DNA from: an uncultured Parabacteroides sp.
GTDB taxonomy: Bacteria > Bacteroidota > Bacteroidia > Bacteroidales > Tannerellaceae
Length of the DNA: 46,977 nucleotides
Reading direction: 5' to 3'
NCBI GenBank assembly: GCA_964610765.1
Contig: CAZSWS010000014.1
Coordinates: 1 to 46,977, forward strand
A model generated the notes under the pieces. It made no database searches. It was given only the letters and a program-made list of their open reading frames with translations, and was not told the DNA's origin. A program made the position numbers and the translations under genes. Shown here piece after piece: positions 10,711 to 20,994 of this stretch. Position 1 is the stretch's first letter; every line of letters begins with the position of its first letter.

Positions 10711-11346
10711 ATGAAAAAGTTTAAAATTATCAAGACCAGCATTGCGATTATTTTACTGCTTGGATTGTTTTCATCCATATACATGATAGCCAGAGATAAC
10801 AAACCGGAAATGACAACACAGTCCCAATTAAGCCAAAAAGCGGCGGAAGCACGGATATTTTGTGAACAAAACAACCTCAATACCGACTTTTGCATCTTGG
10901 TAGATATGCGTATTCACTCCGGGAAACACCGTTTCTTCGTATGGGACTTCAAGCAGGATAGCATTACAAAACAAGCCTTATGTGCACATGGGTGTGGCAA
11001 AGATGAGCAAAAAAGCACGGGTGCACAGCCACTGTTCAGCAACGTAAATGGGAGTCTCCTAACATCCTTAGGAAAATACAAAATAGGCAAGCGAGCCGCT
11101 AGCCAATATGGAATAAACATTCACTACAAACTTCATGGATTAGAGCCCACAAACAACAATGCGTATGAACGAATCATCGTGCTTCATTCATTTACGCCGG
11201 TACCCTCCAAAGAGATCCATCCACTACACCTCCCGATGGGTTTTAGCCAAGGATGTCCGGTCATCGACAATGAAACCATGCGCTACCTGGACAAAATACT
11301 CAAAGACACACCCGACCCTGTCCTTCTTTGGATATATAACGAATAA
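10711..11346 (+). CDS. Murein L,D-transpeptidase catalytic-domain-like periplasmic protein.
   Basis: 211 aa with a signal/anchor helix. The C-terminal IVLHSF...HLPMGFSQGCPVID resembles the His/Cys catalytic region of YkuD-like L,D-transpeptidases. Confidence 0.5.
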   Translation: MKKFKIIKTSIAIILLLGLFSSIYMIARDNKPEMTTQSQLSQKAAEARIFCEQNNLNTDFCILVDMRIHSGKHRFFVWDFKQDSITKQALCAHGCGKDEQKSTGAQPLFSNVNGSLLTSLGKYKIGKRAASQYGINIHYKLHGLEPTNNNAYERIIVLHSFTPVPSKEIHPLHLPMGFSQGCPVIDNETMRYLDKILKDTPDPVLLWIYNE

Positions 11347-11424
11347 GTAAGAGCAAAAGATAACCACTAGAAAGAAAAAGCGACAGTCTTTTAACCATCG
11401 CTCTTCTTATCGTTACTTCACTCT

Positions 11425-13029
11425 TTATTCCTTTGTAGGTTCTGGTGCCGGAGGATCATTTTTGGCAGAGGCTAGGGGAATGGTAACCTCGTTTTTCTCC
11501 TCTTTCATCAAGTCTCCCTTTAAATAATTAGGCAAGTTCATCCCTGCCATATTAAACAAGTCATTCAAAGGAGGTACCGACTTCATCAAACCGGATACAA
11601 AATTAGCCGTTGTCGTATTCCCATTGCCTGAAGGATTGTTGGGAGAATCCCATACCGTAATCTTATCAATCTTGATATTTTTAATGGCTTCAACCTGTGT
11701 CTTAACCAGTTCCGGAAGTTTCTCAATCAATAACAGTTGATAAGCCGCCGTTGTATCACCTTGGGCTGCGCTTACTACATCCCGATATCCTTCGGCCTGC
11801 TTGGTTAATATTTCATACAAACCTCGCGCTTCAGCACTCATCTTGGCATAAATAGCATCTGCCTCACCACGCGCTTGCTCTCTCACCTTTTCTGCTACTG
11901 CCTGAGCTTCAATTACAATCTTTTGTTTCTCTATTTCAGCAGGAACAACCACATTGGCTATTTGGGTTGACCGCTCTCTTTCCGAACGCGCCAACTCTGC
12001 TTTTTGCTCTGCCAAATAAGCTTCTTCGAGCGCCTTTGCCTGTTGTACTTTTTCCGCAGCCACTGCAAGACGGGCAGCCTCAGCTTCTTTTTCTCTTCTG
12101 GTAGCATCTGAAGCAGCAATCGTAATCTTGGCCTCATTCTCACCTTGTACAGCAACAGCATTAGCTCCGGCAGTTTGCACACGCGTGTCTCTGCTAGCTT
12201 CAGCTTTACCAATCGATTCATCCCTCATAGCGCCGGCAATGCTTACCTCTCTATCTTTTTGAGTAATCGCGATTTTCACATCCCGATCCCGATTAGTCTC
12301 CGCTATCCGGACATCTTTCTCTCTGTCTGCAACAGCCTTACCGGTCTCTCCCATTTTTTCTTGCTCGGCCACACTTACCTTCGCTTCGTTGATAGCCTTG
12401 GCAGCTGCTTCTTTTCCTAATGCTTCAATATAGCCGGATTCATCATTTATGTCAGTTACGTTCACGTTGATAAGCTTCAAGCCTATTTTTCGAAGTTCCG
12501 TATCTACATTCTTTGATATATTATCCAAAAACTTATCTCGGTCTGAATTGATTTCTTCAATCATCATCGTAGCAATCACCAAACGTAGCTGTCCAAACAA
12601 GATATCTTTTGCCAACTCCTGTATTTGAGCAGTTGATAAGCCCAATAAACGCTCGGCGGCATTATTCATATTCTCTTTTTCAGTCGAAATAGCAATGGTA
12701 AAACGACAAGGTACATCTACCCGTATGTTTTGTTTACTCAACGCACTGGTCAAGTTTGCTTCAATCGATATAGGCTTTAAATCCAGGTAAGCGAAATCTT
12801 GAAAAACCGGCCAGATAAAAGCACCTCCACCATGAATACATCTCGCTGAAGTACCTCCTGTACGACCATAAATCACAAGTATCTTGTCGGATGGACAACG
12901 CTTATATCGGGAAGCTAGCGCCAAAAACGTAACAAATACAACTACGACCAACACTACGACAATCATCATCGTACTATCTCCCATGAACAAATCAGTGGGC
13001 TCGAACAACAACACATTTCCTACCTTCAT
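11425..13029 (-). CDS. Flotillin family protein (SPFH/Band 7 domain).
   Basis: 534 aa. It has an N-terminal TM helix, then an SPFH domain, then a long Ala/Glu-rich heptad coiled-coil (EAEAARLAVAAEKVQQAKALEEAYLAEQKAELARSERE). This is the canonical flotillin architecture. Confidence 0.85.
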   Translation of the reverse strand: MKVGNVLLFEPTDLFMGDSTMMIVVVLVVVVFVTFLALASRYKRCPSDKILVIYGRTGGTSARCIHGGGAFIWPVFQDFAYLDLKPISIEANLTSALSKQNIRVDVPCRFTIAISTEKENMNNAAERLLGLSTAQIQELAKDILFGQLRLVIATMMIEEINSDRDKFLDNISKNVDTELRKIGLKLINVNVTDINDESGYIEALGKEAAAKAINEAKVSVAEQEKMGETGKAVADREKDVRIAETNRDRDVKIAITQKDREVSIAGAMRDESIGKAEASRDTRVQTAGANAVAVQGENEAKITIAASDATRREKEAEAARLAVAAEKVQQAKALEEAYLAEQKAELARSERERSTQIANVVVPAEIEKQKIVIEAQAVAEKVREQARGEADAIYAKMSAEARGLYEILTKQAEGYRDVVSAAQGDTTAAYQLLLIEKLPELVKTQVEAIKNIKIDKITVWDSPNNPSGNGNTTTANFVSGLMKSVPPLNDLFNMAGMNLPNYLKGDLMKEEKNEVTIPLASAKNDPPAPEPTKE

Positions 13030-13074
13030 TTTTATTTGATTAAAGTTTCTATATAACGACTACTTAACACACAA

Positions 13075-13647
13075 TCATCCAAAAGGAACGACTATTAAAA
13101 TACCATTTTCAACATCGACCACTTTAATAAGCACTCCGACCTCAATGCTTTCTTCATTGCGGGTTATCGCATTTAATTCATGTGTAGAACCTCTGACACT
13201 GATAAATACTTTTCCCTTCCCCTGTCCTTTAGCGGGGATTTTCAGATAAACATCTCCGGTCTTTCCAATGGTCTCTTCTATCTTAAACGTATTATCTTCG
13301 GCAAATTTCATCAAGGTTCGAAAGATGACGAAAAAGACAGCTACAAACACCAAGCCTACAACCACAGCTACAACAGCCACCAAGACCTTCGAGCTAAAGG
13401 CATTGTAAAGCGTCGCTCCGGTCCAACCGAAGCCCAGTAAAAAGTTGATTAAGTTTCTTAATGAAAAGAGTTGAAAGGGAGATTCCCCACCATCGAGGTT
13501 ACCATCAAAATCAGCATGCACACCCGTATCGGCATCAGAACCTATAAAAGTCATAACAGATTGAATAATAAAAACAAGGCTAACTCCTAAGGCGATATAC
13601 CAATAAGCTTGATGCATGGCATCCATAGTTCCGAAAAATTCTTTCAT
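13075..13647 (-). CDS. NfeD/YqiJ-like membrane protein, the usual partner of flotillin.
   Basis: 190 aa with N-terminal TM helices and a C-terminal beta-rich (OB-fold-like) tail. It lies immediately upstream of flotillin on the same strand, as in E. coli yqiJ-yqiK. Confidence 0.55.
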   Translation of the reverse strand: MKEFFGTMDAMHQAYWYIALGVSLVFIIQSVMTFIGSDADTGVHADFDGNLDGGESPFQLFSLRNLINFLLGFGWTGATLYNAFSSKVLVAVVAVVVGLVFVAVFFVIFRTLMKFAEDNTFKIEETIGKTGDVYLKIPAKGQGKGKVFISVRGSTHELNAITRNEESIEVGVLIKVVDVENGILIVVPFG

Positions 13648-13856
13648 GGCTGGTCGTATTTATTATGATATATAAATATCTATTACTATTACACAAACCT
13701 ACTCAATAATAAAGATATATTCAATAGTTGATTCAGCTTTTTTCACGCTTATAAACCAAATTTTATGCAACAAATTGTTTTCAACTGAAAGATTTTCTAG
13801 CTTTACAGATAAGAACAAATTTTGCTCTTAAACCACTGCAAACAAACAAGAACCTT

Positions 13857-16142
13857 ATGTACAAAGCTATTATCTCTTTCACCTTCTTCGCACTTTCCTT
13901 TTATTCCGGTTTGGCACAAGCTCCGAGTCATTTAACGACCGACTTAATCGAGCATACCGATCGTGTATTTCTAAACGGATATCCCTCAGGGGTATCTTTA
14001 ACTGAACTAAATTCAACAATCGAACCGTATCAAACCGTTCTAATCCGGAGCACCCATCCACGACTGGGCTGGGTGATGAACAGCGAGAAAACAAATGTTA
14101 TACAATCAGCTTATCGGATATTAATGGCTAGTTCAGCAGAACTTTTAGAAGAAGGCAAGGCAGATATTTGGGATAGTGGAAAAACACAAGATGAAAACTC
14201 CACAGCAGTAAAACAAAGTGGCAAAGCCTTAAAAACATCTAGCATCTATTTTTGGAAAGTAAAAACATGGGATCAAGATGAATTAGAAAGTGAATACTCA
14301 CACATAAGAAGCTTCCGAACAGCCGATGTTTTAGACGGAAAAACTGCCGTATATCCACTGCAAAAAACCGACGAACACCCCATCCTCATAACCCCTATAA
14401 AAAAGGGAGACACCTATATTGATTTCGGGAAAGTAGCCTTTGGGCAATTGAAGCTAACCCTCACTTCACAAAAAACAACCGATACCATTCATATTCACCT
14501 AGGTGAACATGCCATCAATGGTCGAGTGGATAGAAAGCCAAAAGGCAGCATCCGATATACACACTATCGACTTCCTTTGATGCAAGGCACACACACTTAC
14601 CTGTTAAAAATAAAACCGGATAAGCGTAATACGGACACGTCAGCCAACGAAAGTGGTGTCAAACCCATCTTTATGCCGGACTACATAGGTGAAGTCCATC
14701 CGTTTAGGTATTGTGAAATAGAAAACTACACGACACCTATTCAAACAAACGACCTAATAAGACAATCTGTTCATTATCCCTTTAACGATTCGGCTGCCTA
14801 TTTTCATTCGTCTGATAGCGTGTTAAATAAGGTATGGGAGCTATCTAAGTATTCCATCAAAGCTACCTCTTTTGCCGGCATCTATGTGGATGGCGACAGA
14901 GAACGAATCCCGTATGAAGCAGATGCCTTAATCAATCAACTTTGTCATTACGCAGTCGATCGCGAATTTTCTATGCCTAGATACAGTCATGAATATCTAA
15001 TCCATGAAGCGACATGGCCTACCGAATGGATTATGCAATCGGTTATTATGGCTTGGAATGATTATCTATATACAGGCAACACCGTTTCGCTTGAACGATA
15101 TTATGAAGACCTTCAATCAAAAACTCTACTATCTCTCAAAGAAACAAACGGACTGATTAGCACAAAGACTAATAAACAAACGCCTGAACTACTCCAATCC
15201 ATTCATTTCAAAGGAAAAGCCCTAAGAGATATTGTTGATTGGCCTCAAAGCGGAGTGCTAGGTGTTGAAAAGTCAGAGGCCGGCGAAGCGGATGGTTATG
15301 TTTTAACAACATACAATACGGTCGTTAATGCGTATCATTATTACGTTTTAAAGCGCATAAGTGAAATAGCTCATCTTTTAGGACATCAAGAAGATGGTCT
15401 ATTATATGCTCAAGAGGCTGAAAACGTAAAGCAACAAATCAACCGCCTACTCTTCAATAAGAAAAAAGGTTATTATCAAGATGGAATAGATACTGACCAC
15501 GCATCGTTGCATGCTAACATGTTTCCTTTGGCATTTGGAGTAGCCCCCCAAAAACATCAACAAACTGTAATGGAATTCATCCGCTCCCGAGGAATGGCTT
15601 GTAGCGTATATGGCTCACAGTTTTTACTGGACGCCGTGTACGATGCGGAAGATGCCGCCTATGGATTATCTTTGCTTACCTCTACCGGCGAACGCAGCTG
15701 GTATAACATGATTCGCACAGGAGCAACCATCACGACTGAAGCATGGGATACAAAATATAAGCCCAACCAAGACTGGAATCATGCATGGGGAGCTGCTCCT
15801 GCCAATTTAATTCCCCGTAAACTAATGGGCATCGAGCCAATAGAGCCGGGATTTAGCAAAATACGCATTAAACCACAACCGGGTAGTTTGCGCCATGCAA
15901 ATATTCGTATTCCTACCATTCGTGGAGATATTGGAGTTTCATTTGAAAACATACCACAACAACATTTCAGCATCACCGTAGAAGTACCCGCAAACAGTAC
16001 CGCCGAGGTCTGGTTACCTCTGCCTGGCAAGAAATATCACCTAACCATTAACGGCACAGCCCAAAAAGGGGTCATCGTTAATGCATTTGTCAAAGTAACT
16101 GTTGGGTCGGGGAAGCATCAGTTACTGATTGAGGGGAGGTGA
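13857..16142 (+). CDS. Alpha-L-rhamnosidase-like glycoside hydrolase (GH78 family), secreted.
   Basis: 761 aa with a signal peptide. YFWKVKTWDQDELESEYSHIRSFRTA matches the GH78 N-terminal domain signature (Y.W.V.VWD...SFETG). A later (alpha/alpha)6-like segment is present (YHYYVLKRISEIAHLLG...GYYQDG). The last 93 nt are duplicated 10 kb downstream. Confidence 0.6.
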   Translation: MYKAIISFTFFALSFYSGLAQAPSHLTTDLIEHTDRVFLNGYPSGVSLTELNSTIEPYQTVLIRSTHPRLGWVMNSEKTNVIQSAYRILMASSAELLEEGKADIWDSGKTQDENSTAVKQSGKALKTSSIYFWKVKTWDQDELESEYSHIRSFRTADVLDGKTAVYPLQKTDEHPILITPIKKGDTYIDFGKVAFGQLKLTLTSQKTTDTIHIHLGEHAINGRVDRKPKGSIRYTHYRLPLMQGTHTYLLKIKPDKRNTDTSANESGVKPIFMPDYIGEVHPFRYCEIENYTTPIQTNDLIRQSVHYPFNDSAAYFHSSDSVLNKVWELSKYSIKATSFAGIYVDGDRERIPYEADALINQLCHYAVDREFSMPRYSHEYLIHEATWPTEWIMQSVIMAWNDYLYTGNTVSLERYYEDLQSKTLLSLKETNGLISTKTNKQTPELLQSIHFKGKALRDIVDWPQSGVLGVEKSEAGEADGYVLTTYNTVVNAYHYYVLKRISEIAHLLGHQEDGLLYAQEAENVKQQINRLLFNKKKGYYQDGIDTDHASLHANMFPLAFGVAPQKHQQTVMEFIRSRGMACSVYGSQFLLDAVYDAEDAAYGLSLLTSTGERSWYNMIRTGATITTEAWDTKYKPNQDWNHAWGAAPANLIPRKLMGIEPIEPGFSKIRIKPQPGSLRHANIRIPTIRGDIGVSFENIPQQHFSITVEVPANSTAEVWLPLPGKKYHLTINGTAQKGVIVNAFVKVTVGSGKHQLLIEGR
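16050..16142 (+). repeat. Copy A of a 93-bp perfect direct repeat. It forms the 3' end of the GH78 gene, stop codon included.
   Basis: The segment from AACGGCACAGCCCAAAAAGGGG through GAGGGGAGGTGA is identical base for base to 26285..26377. Confidence 0.9.
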
Positions 16143-16516
16143 AAAGAATCTAAACAAAATATTTATTAAGAAAATATAGTCATTCTGCAAATAAAAAATC
16201 ATATTTCAAAGAGAAAGTGTCATTTATTTGAGTAATATTGAATGCAATTATGGTTACTTTACATAAATAAATATAACACAATAAAAATTACAAAAACTAA
16301 ACTGAATTTAGTTTATCACCTTCCAAGTATCAAAAGTATTAAAATTCATAGCAGAATTTAAACTAACAATATTTTAAGAAATACCTAAAATCACTCTTAA
16401 ACAAAAGATTAACCAAAAAAAGAATCGCATAAAAACACAAACATCTTACTATTGATTTAAAAAAACTTAACTTTTAAAGCTAAACAAATACTACTATTAA
16501 CCTAAAGTGATATCTC

Positions 16517-17875
16517 ATGAAAAAGAACGCTTTCCTCATCATTTTTCCACTTCTGTTTTTTTTCGCATCATGTGGAGATGACAAAAAAGACTTTGATGCG
16601 TACAATGTACCTTACAACCCCAGTCTTCCAATAGAAATTGCTTCTATTGGCCCTAAAGTAGGAGGCTTGGGAACTCGGGTAGTTATTTCTGGCAGTAATT
16701 TTGGAAATGATACATCTAAAATCAAACTCTATTTCAATACCAAAGAAGCTTTAATTCTTAAAGCTCAAACTAATGCTATTTATGCAATGGTACCTAAACA
16801 ACCTGGAGAATATTCCACAATTACTGTTGCTATTAAAGAAGGAGAAAATGCTGATGGAACTCCAAAATACAAAGAAGCGGTTTTAGAAAACATTCAGTTT
16901 AAATACAATATAAAAGCCACGGTCACCACAGTTGCAGGAATATATAATGAAGCCGTCGCAAAAGACGGCCCGGCTCTTGAAGCTTCTTTTCAACGCCCTG
17001 TTATGCTTTCTGTTGATAACACTGGAGTTATTCTTATTTCTGACGATGATGCTAAACGAGTGAGGTTTCTATCTCTTCAAGACAATAAAGTAACGACTGT
17101 ACTTTCAGGCATGAACTCTCCTTGGCAAAACACATTTAATTATAAGTCTGATAAGTTTTTTGTTATTGAGCGCTATACGACTTTACGTCCACATTTATTT
17201 ACTGGATTATATAAAGAAGACAACTGGCAAGAGCCAGATATTTTCTACGACCAAAAAGACGCTTCAGGGAACTACATTGCAGGCAACATGCGACATTATG
17301 GTATAGCTGCTGATGATGATTATATATATGTGCTATCTGAATATGGGACTCGATTTATTAGGGTTCATCAAATAACACGTAAAGTTGAACTAATAGGTCA
17401 AAACCTGAATATGGACTCTTGGTCACATATAGCCATGAATAAAAAAAATGGCATGATGTACATCACAGCTGAAGGAAGGGGACGTTTATACAGGCTTAAT
17501 CCTTATCATATACCAGCAGGTCACACAACACCTTGGCTGACACAGGCAGACATAGAACATATTGTAGGGACTGGTAGAGGTCCCGCTAAAGAAGGCAATG
17601 GAAAATCCGCTCAGCTAGGAGAAATTGAAGGATTAGCCTGTGACCAAGAAGGAAATGTATATTTAGCGGATTATACCAATCATATTATATGGAAAATTGA
17701 TGAGGAATTCAATGCAACCATTTTTGCTGGCGTACCAGGAACTTCAGGCTATCTAGATGGAAAACCAAAAGAGGCATTGTTCAATAGACCTTATGACGTC
17801 TCAGCAACACCGGATGGCATTCTCTATGTTGCCGATACCTTCAATAGACTTATCAGATGTGTAGCTGTACAATAA
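16517..17875 (+). CDS. Surface lipoprotein with an IPT/TIG-like domain and NHL-repeat beta-propeller.
   Basis: 452 aa. The lipobox is FFFASCGDD. The N-terminal Ig-like segment (VVISGSNFGNDTSKIKLYFN) resembles IPT/TIG. Repeated TV.G/YVAD-type NHL-like blades follow. This is the common first gene of Bacteroides PULs. Confidence 0.5.
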   Translation: MKKNAFLIIFPLLFFFASCGDDKKDFDAYNVPYNPSLPIEIASIGPKVGGLGTRVVISGSNFGNDTSKIKLYFNTKEALILKAQTNAIYAMVPKQPGEYSTITVAIKEGENADGTPKYKEAVLENIQFKYNIKATVTTVAGIYNEAVAKDGPALEASFQRPVMLSVDNTGVILISDDDAKRVRFLSLQDNKVTTVLSGMNSPWQNTFNYKSDKFFVIERYTTLRPHLFTGLYKEDNWQEPDIFYDQKDASGNYIAGNMRHYGIAADDDYIYVLSEYGTRFIRVHQITRKVELIGQNLNMDSWSHIAMNKKNGMMYITAEGRGRLYRLNPYHIPAGHTTPWLTQADIEHIVGTGRGPAKEGNGKSAQLGEIEGLACDQEGNVYLADYTNHIIWKIDEEFNATIFAGVPGTSGYLDGKPKEALFNRPYDVSATPDGILYVADTFNRLIRCVAVQ

Positions 17876-17893
17876 TCTCAAAAAGTAACCATA

Positions 17894-20800
17894 ATGAAAA
17901 AATATATATTTTTAATACTGACACTCGCATTCTTCACACCGTTGACTCTTATGGCACAGACTCAGGTGAGAGTCAAAGGAGTAGTCACAGATGCTGAAAC
18001 ACATGAAACCCTAGTTGGAGTTACTGTTAGTCTAAAAACTGACAACACTAAGGCCGTAATTACCAACTCAGAAGGCGCATATGAAATTTATGCTAACGCA
18101 GGATCAACATTGGTGTTTACATTTATTGGCTCCAAACCAAAAGAAGTAAAAATAGGTGACGCTTCTAATCAAACTATTAATATTGAAATGGAAGCTAGTA
18201 GTCAAATGCTAGAAGAAGTAAGCGTTGTGGCATATGGAACACAACGAAAGGTAAGTGTAGTAGGAGCTATCACAACAGTCAAGCCGGATGCCCTCAATGT
18301 TTCAGGGGTTACATCCATTTCAAATGCCTTGGCAGGCCGAGTTGCGGGACTAATAGGTATTCAGCGAAGTGGAGAGCCGGGGCAAGACGTTTCCGAGTTT
18401 TGGATTCGAGGAATAAGCACCTTTGGGGCAAACAGTAGCGCATTAATTTTAATTGATGGGATAGACAGAGGTAGCTCCAGTTTGAACGAGTTAGCACCTG
18501 AAGATATAGAAAGTTTTTCTATACTTAAAGACGCTACTGCTACTGCGGTATATGGTGCAAGAGGGGCAAATGGTGTTGTATTAATTAACACCAAACGTGG
18601 ACAAGAAGGTCGAATCAATATTAATGTAAATATTAAGACTATGATTGAAGAACTTCCTCGTCTGCCCAAATATTTAAGAGCTTATGATTATGCTGTTTTA
18701 GCAAATGAAGCAAGAATTATTAGGGGAGAAAAGTCCGCCTATGCTCCAGAAGTATTTGACATTATTAAATACAATATGGACAATGACTTATACCCGGATG
18801 TGAATTGGCAAGATGAAATCTTAAAAAATCAGACATGGGGCGTACAGGGCAATGTTAATATTTCGGGGGGAAGCAATTTAGCTCGTTATTATATGAGCGC
18901 ATTTTATAGAACGAACGATGCTATTTACAAACAATACGGGATGGAGCGTTATCACTCAAATGTAAGGAGAAATCAGTTTACATTTAGAAGCAACATTGAT
19001 GTTAATGTTACCAAAACAACATTAGTAAGTTTGTTGCTCTCTGCCAAATTAGTAGATATGAATCGGCCAGGAGCTGGAACAACATCAGACATATGGGCAG
19101 CACAGGCTAATTTAACACCACTAACTGTACCTATACGCTATTCTAATGGACAGTTCCCATCATATGGGAAATCAGATAACACTTCTCCATCCGTTTTATT
19201 AAATGAAACTGGTTTTCTTACAGATCGAGATAATTCTATAGAATCTTTATTAACATTAGAACAAAATCTAGATTTTATTACTGAAGGATTAAAGGTATCC
19301 GGATCTGTTTCTTTTGATAATTATAATAATCACATCACTAGTCGAATCAAAGGACCTGATTTGTATAAAGCCATAGACAGAAACTGGAATACCGGAGAGC
19401 TTATTACTCAAAAAACGGTTGTTGCAAAACCCATGACTTTCTCCAGTTCTTCCTACGGAACAAGAACAATATATATGGAAGCAAAGATGGAGTACAATGG
19501 AGTTTTTAATGAAAAGCATAGAGTTGGAGGTCTATTCCTTTATAACCAAAAGGACTACCAAAGAACAGATGCCAATAACGAACTAAGCTCTATTCCAAGA
19601 CGTAACCAAGGAATAGCAGGTCGCTTAACCTATTCTTTTGATGACAAATACTTTGTTGAAGGGAACTTTGGATATAATGGTTCGGAAAACTTTCCAAAAG
19701 GGCAACGATTTGGTTTTTTCCCATCTTTCGCTTTAGGATATGTTATTTCCAACCATGCGATAGTAAAAGAAAAGCTTCCTTTTATTGATATGCTTAAACT
19801 ACGTTACTCATACGGTTTAGTTGGTAATGATCAAATTAGGAATGACGTTCGCTTTCCCTATCTGACAACCGTAAACATGTCTGCATCAAGCTATGTATTT
19901 GGAGACCAAAAGCAAACCAATGTTGGTGCCGTCACAGACGGGGTGTTGGGTTCTACCGGTTTAGTTTGGGAAAAAGCTATTAAGCAAAACTATGGAATAG
20001 ATATTACCTTATTTGATAATTTTAATATTACAGTAGATGCTTTCTTGGATCGACGTAACAATATCTTTATGCAACGCGTCACCCTACCCGGCACTATAGG
20101 AGTTGGAACAAAACCATGGGGTAATGTAGGAAAAATGAAAAGTTGGGGAGCAGATGGTACTATCTCATATATGCACCAATTTAAAAACGGATTAATGCTT
20201 GAAGGGCGTGCTAATTTCACACTTACTAGAGACAAAATTATAGATTATGATGAAGTTTTACCTAGATACCCTTACCTAGCTAAAAAAGGTACGAGCAATA
20301 ACGTAACTCGCGGATTAGTTGCTCTTGGTTTATTCAAAGATGAAGATGATGTAAAAAACAGTCCTACACATTTTGGGAAAGTGTATCCAGGAGATATAAA
20401 ATATCAAGATATAAATGGTGATGGACGAATTGACAATGACGATATCATACCGATTGGAAATTCTAATGTGCCCAAACTGCAGTACGGTTTTGCTCTAAGT
20501 GCCAATTGGAAGGGCTTTGACCTAAGTGCCTTTTTCAGAGGCGCAAGCCAAGTTGATTACTTCCTTGGAGGAAGCGGATACTACCCGTTTGAAGGAGGAG
20601 TAACCGGCAATGTTTTAACCATTGTAAATGAGCAAAAAAATCGTTGGACTCCGGCTTCCTACTCTGGTGACCCGAATACCGAAAATCCGAATGCAAGATT
20701 TCCCCGTTTAACCTATGGAAGTAACTCCAATAACAATCGAAAATCTTCATTTTGGTTAGCTGACGCCAGCTATTTAAGGTTTAAAACACTAGAGATAGGG

Positions 20801-20983
20801 TATACCATCCCTAAAAAAGTGGCTAACAAAATCAAAATGAGCAACTTAAGGGTATCCGTCATCGGAGATAACCTACATGTCTGGGACAATGTTAAACTGT
20901 GGGACCCGGAACAAGCCAGTGACAATGGAGCTGTTTATCCCCTTACACGCTCCTATTCATTAGTTTTACAATTATCATTCTAA
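17894..20983 (+). CDS. SusC/RagA-family TonB-dependent outer-membrane transporter.
   Basis: 1029 aa. It has a signal peptide, a carboxypeptidase-regulatory-like N-terminal domain (VKGVVTDAETHETLVGVTV), a TonB-box region EEVSVVAYGTQRK, a plug, and a C-terminal beta-barrel ending in F. Confidence 0.9.
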   Translation: MKKYIFLILTLAFFTPLTLMAQTQVRVKGVVTDAETHETLVGVTVSLKTDNTKAVITNSEGAYEIYANAGSTLVFTFIGSKPKEVKIGDASNQTINIEMEASSQMLEEVSVVAYGTQRKVSVVGAITTVKPDALNVSGVTSISNALAGRVAGLIGIQRSGEPGQDVSEFWIRGISTFGANSSALILIDGIDRGSSSLNELAPEDIESFSILKDATATAVYGARGANGVVLINTKRGQEGRININVNIKTMIEELPRLPKYLRAYDYAVLANEARIIRGEKSAYAPEVFDIIKYNMDNDLYPDVNWQDEILKNQTWGVQGNVNISGGSNLARYYMSAFYRTNDAIYKQYGMERYHSNVRRNQFTFRSNIDVNVTKTTLVSLLLSAKLVDMNRPGAGTTSDIWAAQANLTPLTVPIRYSNGQFPSYGKSDNTSPSVLLNETGFLTDRDNSIESLLTLEQNLDFITEGLKVSGSVSFDNYNNHITSRIKGPDLYKAIDRNWNTGELITQKTVVAKPMTFSSSSYGTRTIYMEAKMEYNGVFNEKHRVGGLFLYNQKDYQRTDANNELSSIPRRNQGIAGRLTYSFDDKYFVEGNFGYNGSENFPKGQRFGFFPSFALGYVISNHAIVKEKLPFIDMLKLRYSYGLVGNDQIRNDVRFPYLTTVNMSASSYVFGDQKQTNVGAVTDGVLGSTGLVWEKAIKQNYGIDITLFDNFNITVDAFLDRRNNIFMQRVTLPGTIGVGTKPWGNVGKMKSWGADGTISYMHQFKNGLMLEGRANFTLTRDKIIDYDEVLPRYPYLAKKGTSNNVTRGLVALGLFKDEDDVKNSPTHFGKVYPGDIKYQDINGDGRIDNDDIIPIGNSNVPKLQYGFALSANWKGFDLSAFFRGASQVDYFLGGSGYYPFEGGVTGNVLTIVNEQKNRWTPASYSGDPNTENPNARFPRLTYGSNSNNNRKSSFWLADASYLRFKTLEIGYTIPKKVANKIKMSNLRVSVIGDNLHVWDNVKLWDPEQASDNGAVYPLTRSYSLVLQLSF

Positions 20984-20994
20984 TAATATTCGTC

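Noticed and set aside
11347-11424. Possible bidirectional terminator (AGCGA ... TCGCT hairpin) between the L,D-transpeptidase-like gene and flotillin.
   Set aside because: The stem is only 5 bp with a 15-nt loop and the U-tract is weak, which is too marginal to call.
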